DNA of 46,013 nt, the filler included, from Catajapyx aquilonaris (lineage: Eukaryota): NCBI GenBank assembly GCA_000934665.2. It is 2 parts of 2 records of this genome, joined end to end, with 100 filler letters (N's around TTAATTAATTAA, not from the genome) between each part and the next. Parts side by side here need not be neighbours in the genome. Positions count along the whole stretch, not along the records: positions 23,081 to 46,013 come from JYFJ02005791.1; 1 more part is not named here. One strand, given 5' to 3'. The notes under the pieces were generated by a model, which ran no database searches, was not told where the DNA came from, and worked only from the letters and a program-made list of their open reading frames with translations. The position numbers were made by a program, and so were the translations under genes. Position 1 is the first letter of the stretch, and every line of letters starts with the position of its first letter. Below are positions 35,902 to 46,013 of this stretch, piece after piece.

Positions 35902-37650
35902 TAATGCCATCCTCGGGAGGTAAACAATTCTTTATAGTTAGGCACACCTGATAGAAAAACTCCAGATTGTCCACATTGCCAAACAAAATTAAAGTTTTGT
36001 AATGTTTGCACGAGTATGCATATACACACCAGACTTTGGATTATTGCATATACTCGCAACAATAGATTTCTGACTCAGTTCTTAATCAGTCGTAAGCATC
36101 TAAATATTTCAATTCTCCAAATACAGTGGAAATTTACGGCCACTCAGTATGTGACTTGGTGCCCTACAAAATGACTGTTTAAAGTTTCATACTGCTTCCT
36201 GTGAATTGTAGTCAGGAGTCAGGTAACCAAGTGAGATTAGCTCACAACTCTATGTTAGTGGATCCTGAATTAATAATATTGTTTAACCACTAGGTTGGCT
36301 CATGCAACGTCAGTATTCCAGGAGCTTTTGATAATATTGCCTTGCAGTTTTTTGAGGTCACGGCTTCCCAAACTATTGCTCATGGACCACATCCGCTCTC
36401 AGACAACTTTGCAACCCCGTCAACAGAGGCACACGATTTTAAATTATGCAAATCGTGCAATCTGCCGGAAGTACTTAGCGTTTGTGTGTGTCCCCTTGGT
36501 TAAATATAGTACCTTTTGCATGCAGAATAATTTTGTATTAACTATTTCAACTTATATCTATTTAGTTCAGGCTTTAATATTGCATTTTAGCATGCATAAA
36601 AAGGACTGTATAGGGATCAGTATGTATTTAATACTCGGGTGTGGTGCCAGTGGACAAAGAATGTGCGGCAAAGCGTGCATGGCCTATTAATAAAGTTAGT
36701 ACTGTACTCTATACCAGGTGGTCAAAAATTAACTCTTCACATTGTATGTTGAAGAATAGATTTCATTGAGTTGGTCAAAATGAAAAGGACTGAAATGGCG
36801 AGGAATAATTATTGTCCAAGCCAAACACATTCTGTATTGTTATGCAGTGACTATTGCTGCACTGCAAAGAGAAAAAGGTGCTCGCTATACTGCTAAAAGT
36901 ATTTGTCTCCTGCCCAGTTACATGCCGAATTGGACGGTGTTATGGAATAATGGGTCAACCCACAAAAATGTCAAAACATACACCCAAAGGATAGTACTTC
37001 ATTCAGTTAAAGTCAAGCTGGTGAAATCTACATACTTCTGCCATAAATGGCCGACAAGAACACTGAATTAATTTCCCAGATATGAACTTCAAAGCCTTTT
37101 ACTCAAAACTGTTCTCATGTGAGTTGACTCATTATTGCATAACACCGCCCAATTGAAAGTCACGGGAACATTATTTGGTTTATGGGCAATGAATGATGCC
37201 GGTCATTACTTACTAAATGTCACATTTTTCTGCATTTTGTCAACGGTTCTTAACCACGTTACCATTATTTAGGCAGCATCGAATCTCAGGTGGTCCTGCC
37301 TGAAATCCTGGAGGATATTTTATAATATTCTATTGTTAGAAATCCATTACTTTCATTATAGATGAGATTTTAATCAGTTTTTTTGTGTCTCCAGAAAAAG
37401 TAGTTGTGTTTGGACTTGGGCACTTTTCATAGCCTACTCAATTATTAGCAACGGAAACTTCAAGCCCAATCAAACTGTGCGGAGCTCGAGTTAAAAATGA
37501 AGTTCGTCCTTCTCGAGTCAAAATATATTACACGCGAAAAACATCTGGTGAGAATACCGATAATGTAAAGGCGGATATTTGCAATGCAAATTACATCAAT
37601 CTCCAATAGTGTTATACATGGCCTAAGGAAAAGGTTGTTCTCACACTCAC

Positions 37651-37773
37651 CTTGGAGACAATAAGGCACATCCCTGTGGCCATTCTCCATTTTGTTGAGA
37701 AGTGTTGGACAAATTGCATTCCGTTTGAACACATCCAAGAAAAGCATCTTCATTAATACTGTGAATATTATAT
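37651..37773 (-). other. Isolated candidate exon (123 nt) of unknown gene
   Basis: Acceptor ttttggaattttcacag| and strong donor caag|gtgagt; open in two frames; no recognisable domain. Confidence 0.25.
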
Positions 37774-38639
37774 CTGTGAAAATTCCAAAAAAATATTATA
37801 TTAAAATTACTTCTGGCCACATAGCTGAGATTCATATTCACAACAAATTAATGAGTATCGTATGGAAAAGCGCTACTTTGTACTTAACTACGTCAATCAT
37901 GTTGGTAGCGAGACAAATCAGACGATCACATCAGCCATTTTGGTCTAATGAAGGTAAAATTTCCAAATAAACTTCAAAACCCGATGTTCTACATACATTC
38001 GACCTGAGTTTTTGCGCCGTAGCGCGCATAGACACAACTAATCATTTCATCTCCATTTTTCCATCCCACCCTGAGCAGGGTTAATCGATTGTGCCATTGG
38101 AGCGCCATGATGATGAGGCCTCTGACGTGCTCAGACTTGAACGCAGGATATGATTGGGAGGCATTCACTCGCCTGACGTCCTTCTAGATGCTCGTTCAAT
38201 CTGGTTTTGGGATGGACCCAGAAGGCATTCGGAAAACAGAAGTAGTGAAGAGTGAACATGGCAGGGGTGGCTGTACGTACTTTCGATTGAAAATAATCGG
38301 ATTACAACATACAAATCGGTGTGCATATGTCACAAGCCACACATTTTTTAGTGGAACATGTGCAATATTATGAATTCTGGCAAAATATTATTATGCAGTG
38401 TTGCAGATGGTACCATATCGCATTATGAGAATGGAAATAGTCCCCTCTCGTTTCTCCTAGCACAGAATAGATTCCAAGCATGATTTGATTTTCTTTTTTG
38501 GCGGCTAAAATGACGTGTAAAATTGCTAGCGAAATATAATGTTATATGAGGATGTTCAACAAGTAGAGCATAATAGATGTCATTGTCTGAAATTTAGGAG
38601 GACAATGTGCTGCACCTAGACTATAGGCTATACGAGTAG

Positions 38640-38822
38640 TAGTCGGCCTGGTGCGCAGTGATAAAAGAAAACATGAAACTCCCGGTTGCATTGGCCATAT
38701 GGTGTAGGCGGAACTAGTTCCAATGGCGCTGTTCAGGCGCAGTTAATATGCATTTTTCCTTTGCTTTGTAGCCATTTAATATCCCTTTTTATCTGCACCC
38801 CAACGCAACCAGGACCGGCCTA
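38640..38822. mobile_element. Possible old MITE with TAG...CTA ends
   Basis: TAGTCGGCCTGGTGCG..GATAAAAG vs CTTTTTATC..CGCAACCAGGACCGGCCTA imperfect inverted repeat. Confidence 0.35.
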
Positions 38823-40003
38823 GTCTGACGGTGCATACTGAAATATTGAAGTGATAATGCTTAATGAGATTTTAAAAATATTAATAATTTCGTATGCCAC
38901 TTGACATTATCACGTTTTTAAATGTTTTAACGAGGTGAGAATTTAGAAGATGTACAGCATAAAATATTCAACATGTGCTAATTAATATGTAAAATATCAG
39001 TCACGACGAAGAGGTACTACAAAATTTTATTATCTGCTGACATCATTTTGAAGATGAATCACAGATAAGTGTACTAATGGACCCCTACTTCAGAGAAACC
39101 CGCTTTGTGGAAGTCGTCACCTTCGATATTTCTTGAAGCCGATAATGACCCTCATTCGACTAGAAAAATGGCGTTGTACTGTACCGAAAGAGCCCGCGGC
39201 GAATGAATTTACTGCAGAACTTGGAGAACTGAGCTGAGCAAAATTGTCTCCCGCCTCCTTCTTCTTCTCCTACATGATTTCATCTATAATTTTCAAAGCC
39301 TTGGCAAATTATTATTGGATTGTCATTAACCAGAGTAGACTGGCGGGTAAGTACATTTGGTCATTCAAACTCGGGGTATGTTGAAGAGCATGAGGTTCTG
39401 AATCAAATTATGTGGATAATAGTCACTTTCAATATGCCCCTGTGGAGCCCTAGGCCGTCAGAGTTTTGCACACTGTACTGGCTTGAAATTGCGAATACAC
39501 TAGTTTTTTCATAGAATATCCTACACGGAAAAATTAGTTAGTCGATGCTACAGCATACCCTGTGAGTTCTCTGATCTACGTGCCTACTGAGGCATGTGCC
39601 ACAGGTAGTGGAATTCACAGGATAATACGTACAATACTCAAGTACGAGGGTGTGTTATTGTAATGCTTGGCCCACACTCCCTCCCACATTTATTTTTAAA
39701 ACTATTTGTGTTTGCTTACTTTTAGTTTTTAATCCTCCATTGCAAGCATTGCATTAATTGATATAATAATAAACAAGATTGGCAAATCACGTGAGCGTGA
39801 TTAGAGTAGACATTTTATGTTTGCTGCTATATTGTCCCCAAAGTCCGTCACGGGACTGGGATTGAAACTGAAACCACCCATTTCTCATTTTCGGCCAAAA
39901 GTGGACTTCCCCTTTCCCCCCTCCCTCCTCCTATCCCCACCTCCTCCTACCCCCAGACCGCCCGCCCCTTTCCCCATTAAAAAATATATTCTATAGCAAA
40001 GCC

Positions 40004-40373
40004 ATATTTTAGACCTTTTCTCATCCATCGAAAAAAGTCTTATAGCACGGCGCTGTCCGTCCGTCTGTAAACAGGTATCAGGTATCAGGGGGTAGGAGGG
40101 GGGAAGGGTGATATGGGGGAGGGGGCGGTGGGGGGACTCGGAGGTCATGGGTAAAGGGACGGTTTGGGGGAAATTGGCGGTCAGGGGTAGGGAGTGATGG
40201 GGGAAAGGGGCGGTGGGAGGAGGGGGCAGCCAGGGGGAAGGAGCGGATAGAGTGAACCCGGAACCCGAAAATCGAAAAAAAAGTCTTATAGCACGGATGT
40301 CTGTCTGATACCTGTCCACGGACAGACAGAGCCGTTCTATAAGACTTTTTTTCTCGAAAAAGACCAAAAGTAT
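40004..40373. mobile_element. DINE-1/Helentron (HINE)-like head sequences in inverted arrangement around a G-rich core
   Basis: TTTT-AGACCTTTTC..GAAAAAAGTCT hairpin followed by TATAG and a GTCCGTCCGTCTGT (GTCY) tract; the same head is inverted at 40318-40373 and repeated at 40273. Confidence 0.55.
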
Positions 40374-41019
40374 GTCCTCTTAAACCTTACTATAATGGAT
40401 GCTTTATAGTTGCTTTTTATACACAATTGACTATGCATGCATTTCTTTCTTTAGAACGCTTACAACTAATTTGATTCTATACCGATTGACCTCTACCTTC
40501 TCTCATAAACCACGTTCGTCAAAGCGTAACATTCAAGAAAGAATTTATTGCTAACCCGTTAGTACTATATGTATGTAGACTATAATATGCAGTCAGATAC
40601 TACAACCTTTGCGTATAATAATTATGTAAAGTTAAGATCACAAAGCAAAAGCAAACCGTCTGTTTTGTATTATTATTTTGAGGAATGCTGCTGTTACAAA
40701 GGACTTCTGAAATGCTCATGGGAATGGCTCAAACGCTGCTTTATGCAGGAACTCGTGCAGTGGCCGTCATGTAGGCCTAAGTTTATAAATTAATGTACAA
40801 TCCAGCTACAATAATGCAGCTTGTTACATTCTCTACTGCAAAGCTCACATACTGTACGTACGTACAGTATGTGCTGTGCATGCTACAGTACATTGCGGCA
40901 TTACTAATGCATACTCAGAAAAGACGATGCAGGTATTTTCGGACTTGATGTTTCTTCGGTTGGGGCATAATAAGTATAAGCAAGAGCTCTTGGTATAAGG
41001 TGACATTTTACCGACATCA

Positions 41020-41270
41020 CGCCTTTCTTCTTACATCACCATCTGTACAATATGCATATTTGCATTTACAATACGGTATGTGATGATGACGAGATTCCTC
41101 AGTGGTACTAACAAAAGGTCGGTTAACCACATGGCGTGAGGGTATCCGCTTGTTATTGTTTCCCAAATGCCAGGAGCAGATCTTTATAGATCTCTCGTGG
41201 CTTTTTAATATATTAACACTAAATAAGCATGTGGGCAGCTGGATGTTCTTCAGTATCTGCTCATGCTCAT
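41020..41270 (-). pseudogene. Degenerate mariner-like transposase N-terminal (HTH) remnant
   Basis: Frameshifted pieces HEQILKNIQLPT / KKPREIYKDLLLAFG / PSRHVVNRPF...EES...TDGDV resemble the mariner N-terminal pattern (EIHxxLxxxFG..PSYxTVxRWF..GRES..TDENV). Confidence 0.4.
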
Positions 41271-43566
41271 AGTGTGTGCACTTTGCGTTAGGGTGGTGTG
41301 ACAAAATAATATTGTGGAGTTGACAGATGAAAGCTGAATATACTATAAGCCTTATAGTATAATGTAATATTCACTAGATGTAATGTCATACTTCTAGTAA
41401 TTAAGTAAAAATTGAATTATTACCAGAAAGAGAGGTTTATGGTGTGTGTGTAGAAACGGGAGAACCCCTAGATTCCTAGAAAATCCACGCTACCACGGAT
41501 ATATATTTTCTTTATTATAGTTGCCTTACTTTCCTAACACCCTACGTTGAGAAAAAGCATGTGTTTTCCGTGTGTGTAATGATCTGGACTGAATGTTGGA
41601 ATTTTCAATTTCCTTCTTTGGGGACATGACAGTGGTATGTGAAGGCAGTAGTATAGAGGCATAATAAATTATCCATAATGATGATAGAGGGTGTTACAGA
41701 CAATGCGAAGTCTCGTCGCTCTTGCACTTCCACGAAGATATACGTAAGTTGATCAGCTCATTCCTGACGACAGCCACATCATTAACAGGAAATTGTGTTA
41801 AGTGTGGAAATATGCATCATGGTGTTAAGCACATTTCTGGATACACCGATCTAGCTAGCGAATACTTAGGGCCAAATGGATACCACGAATTCTTTCGCCG
41901 GATCACAAAGATAAGAGAATTGAGACATTTGCAAGGATGGCCTGACCTTGGCACTCTTTGTACACCGCTACTAGCGTCACTCAGGCATACATTCCCAACA
42001 TCAAACATTGCTGACATATTATACTCTTATGTCACCATGAAAGTCCTTCACATTTCAGCGAATCACTCCGGGTTCGGTGTTACCTCCAATAACATAATTA
42101 TAACCTTTGTTATTATTATAATATAAGGAACCACCAAGGTTTCGACAATAAGAAATCTCTCCCGTATACAGTTTAGACTTGTATTGGACCAACTAGTACC
42201 GGTACTATGGCGGAAGATTGACCTGCATTTCATGCTTAAGTCATGCTAATGCTATAATATGAAGAACAAAAATATTGGAGGCATTACCTTCGAAGCGATG
42301 TAATTTTTTTGAGCTCCCTCTCTAACTTTCATACCGGCCTTGGGAAGTACGTACATATAGTATGTCCTTCAGCGCCACCTTGCCTTTTTCATTTACATTA
42401 GGTGTTCTCGTGCAATTTATGTTGCGATCTCATTGGGTGTATCAGGCACTGGCCGAGGCGATGGAAATGTAGTAGACTGTATCCGCGGCGTAAAGGATAG
42501 TATAATGCACTTTGTTTGATGTTAATTATCCCGATAAGGAGACTGTGAATAACAAACGACATATCTACATGAAATGATTCCCTAATGCCCAGGCGTTCGC
42601 CCTAGTAGTTTCTGTAATTAATTTAGAAACACCCTGTATAAGCCATATGACTCCTTTAGTGACTGCACGTAAGCACTGAGAGATCGTTTTGTGCATGGGG
42701 GAACACTCAGGCAATTAATATTTCTGATTAATCATATGCGCGTATCTGTACTATTAAGAGCCTAACAATGTGGATAATTAATGTCCTTTCAGCTTGAAAA
42801 TAAGCGGTAAAATGCAGCGCTAACCTAGTGTGGACATGCCTTCCGACGGTATCTGAAAAGACCTCAGAAGTTATGACTTCCATAATACTGTAACGCTGTT
42901 CATCAGTTAGTGAATTAGGAGCATATGAAAAATTATTCTTTCGGGTAAAGCAACTTACCGCATTAATTCTAACATGCAGCTTGTTTTGATATGTGTATAC
43001 TGGAGTTTCTTACTAGTGTGTCGTCCGGACGGCAGCGCACTCCATGGTCCAAAATTAGTCAAAAATATGTTGGGGGGAAATGTCGAGAGAGCACCTGTTA
43101 ACGACGTACAAGACTATGAAGATTTGCGTGCCCCTGGGACACGCGACCACCGGCGACCAAAATCACCCAACAACTTTGTTTATTTTGTGATTTTTGTGAT
43201 TTTTGATTTTGTAGGAAGAGAGGCAAACAGATCGACTCTCGCACGGGATAAATTCACGGGAATATGGCAAGGTCACCTCTTGCGCAGTGATTAATGTCGT
43301 TATCGTATCCTGTCCCGTAGGCGTAGGCAACCACTGCACGTGCGGAAGTTGATCTGTTTGCCTCTCTCCCCACTAAAAGAAACTGTTAGGTGGGTTGTCG
43401 CGTTTGTCTCATGGGCACGCAAATCTTCAATGTTTTGTGCGTCATCACAGATTGCTCCCTTGACATTTCTCATCCATACATATCTGACTTGTTTTGGGCC
43501 AAGGAATAGGCTGACTGCCGGTTGACTTACTAGTAAGAAACACCGTGAATTACTACGATCTAACTA

Positions 43567-43998
43567 TATGATGAAGAAATTTACCCTACCGTCGCTTTGG
43601 GAAATGAAAGAGGGCTTCTAGGCGATCATTTTAAGTACTCGCATCATGGGTCTCCTCCGCATAGTTACCGAGATAATGTGCTTCAAACACGAAGTATAAA
43701 ATATCCTGGCAATTATTATGCTTCCCTCCACGCGACCGATTTAAATTTAAGGTGTTACCATGTAATTTAAATTTACTATCGTATTGGGTATAGCAAGGAA
43801 TGGCCTATGGCCCTAGGCGATGGAAGTGTCGTAAGCAATTTCAAAAACCTGTAAGATGGTATAATGCACTTTTTATTTAATGGTAAATATCTCGGTGACT
43901 ATATGCGGCGGAGGCCCATGATGCGACTACTTAAAATGATCGTCTAGAACCCCTCTATCATTTCCCAAAGCGACAGTACGGTAAATGTCTTCACCCTG
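43567..43998. mobile_element. Tc1/mariner-type MITE with ~110-bp diverged TIRs
   Basis: TA|TATGATGAAGAAATTTACC ... GGTAAATGTCTTCACCCTG|TA; the internal part resembles the truncated copy at ~42450-42640. Confidence 0.75.
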
Positions 43999-44876
43999 TA
44001 TAACTAAAACTTCATATGAGGAAGAAGAAAAAAATACTAGTGTACCCGTCTAAAACAACCTCATTAAAATCCTGCCTTTGTATAGAATCAGTCTAAAAAT
44101 AATATATAAAACATGGAGCTAGCTGCAACCTCCGACAAGGTAAAAGGGACCAAATTGGCAATTAATAACACAGAATGTGACTGTATATTTGCGCAAGTAA
44201 TAAGGCACAATCGTTAAACATTTTTTCCAGTAAAATCAATTGCAAATGTGTTTGTCAAGCGTAGCCTAACCTAAATTGCATTAGTGTTATACATCACCTT
44301 TTTCAAAAACTGATTAGAATGTACGAGTGCGAGTATTGCAATTAGTGTAAAACGTCGAGAACAGAAAACCAAGGCATCAAACAATCAAAGCTAATGCTTA
44401 CTCCACGCTGCCTAATTAATCTTTGTATAATCCTCGCCCGTAATATCCTGACTATATGTTCATATTAATTTCACCGTTCGATGTACGCTTACGCTGTAGA
44501 AGGTTTTTCAGGTCTTCAGGGTGCTCAAAACGCTGCATATCAAGGAACACAATATTTTGTAATACCTTTCATGAGTGATGATGTGTTAAGTTACGCATTA
44601 TTTGTAATGTCCATTAGCACGGGCTGTTATGTTAATTCTAGAACCTGCATATGAGATAGCGAAGAATATGGAAACAGTTCATTGATTTCCAATATGAATA
44701 GAACAATATTGGGCTGTTCCATGGAATTTGAAACCATGGCTCATTTTTTAAAGTTTTAAATAAAAATTGCCTTACCATCATTAATTAATGTACAGATTGT
44801 GCTCTTTCCAATGGTATTATTTATATTTGTGTCAAAAAAATATATAGGACTATAATTGACTCCTTGAAGTGTAGTA

Positions 44877-45048
44877 GGAAGTGCACACCCGGGGTAAGTG
44901 CACATATTGTGCCGCCATATTGGAATGAAAATGGCTGACGACACCAAAACGCGTCAGCTATGTAGCTGCAAGTGCAGTTGGTGTCGTCAGCCATTTTCAT
45001 TCCAATATGGCGGCACAATATGTGCACTTACCCCGGGTGTGCACTTCC
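44877..45048. mobile_element. Foldback element: perfect 71-bp inverted arms with a 30-bp spacer
   Basis: 44877-44947 is the exact reverse complement of 44978-45048. Confidence 0.85.
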
Positions 45049-46013
45049 CCCACTTCACCTTATGTAAAGGAATGTTCATTTTCGTGTATTCAGCATTTGT
45101 CTTTTTGAGAATATATTTATGACACCCTTAATGAACAATTTCTAGCACAGCAACCCAATTTTAACACATACACCCATTCGTTGTTCGTGGAGGAGGAATT
45201 GTGGTGGGTGAAATTAATATTGCATAACACTTCAAAATTTATCATTAATTACGTATATCTCATTCCTGCATGCTATTCAGTTTCCATTGAATAAATAAAA
45301 TCTTAATGTCACATACGTGATATAAACTTGCAATTGTTGTTGTGGGCGGCTCATTAATGCAGCAAATGTTTTCTTATCACCAATGCAAAGTTAGTTTGGC
45401 TATAATTATCATCTGAAAAAAATTGACAGATATTTTACATAATTAGTTTGACAGTTATAAGTGATCACGTATGTGACAAACCCAATCACGTACGAGTATG
45501 TGACATCACGTATGTGACAGCGTCGCCAGGAATCCCGGTCATCAGTCTGGCAAGGCTCCCGCCCATAAGCTCTATAGGGAAGACAAAGTCAAACAGCCGT
45601 AACTTCGTTAATTATACTTAAATAGTAATAATTTTCATGTGATAGTACGTTCACACATTACTGATTACCCTGACTACCGAAAAAATAATCGATCCCAATT
45701 CCATGGAGACATATGTGGTGTCTATCACTCTTATGGCGTTTTGCATTACAATGCCTGTGGACAGTGAAAACCCAACTTTCCCTTGAAATATTTCAATTAT
45801 ACCAAAATGATAGCAAGTATATGATGTGTGTGACAACATGACACGTTCATTTATAAGATTGGTGCACAATTAATTGATAAAATGTGGTGTCTATACGATC
45901 CGAGTGAACATCATCTTGGGTGTTAGGCAAATATCGAATACGGTAGGTGCCGAGAAGAGAGAGGGCAAATTTGGCAATGCTACTCTCCAAGTGCTAGCGG
46001 CCATCGCCTTATC

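Noticed and set aside
24465..45122. Pairs of ORFs with similar peptides (24465/25039, 31911/34357, 32186/34157, 44821/44898)
   Set aside because: They are translations of the two arms of inverted repeats, not duplicated genes.

Overview
Eukaryotic, arthropod-like genomic DNA made of two ~23 kb segments (1-22980 and 23081-46013) joined by an artificial 100-base gap containing a TTAATTAATTAA six-frame-stop linker, so the two halves may not be truly adjacent. The left half holds most of a minus-strand u-shaped/Friend-of-GATA (ush/FOG/ZFPM) gene. I could reconstruct nine frame-consistent GT-AG coding exons (12721->2757, ~1200 aa, 5' end missing) encoding all nine canonical Ush zinc fingers, including a 114-nt finger-1 exon absent from the ORF track, a PLDLR CtBP motif and an unusual (TPxH)12 repeat. 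The ~2.1 kb 3' UTR carries five miR-263a/miR-183-type seed sites. The long upstream intron contains a candidate recursive-splicing (ratchet) point with a 49-nt poison exon, a tRNA-Gln-derived element with a remodelled anticodon arm and several GATA-site clusters. The right half has no convincing gene and is a mosaic of MITEs, foldback elements and other non-autonomous transposons, several of them nested. All calls come from manual reading only; no searches were run.
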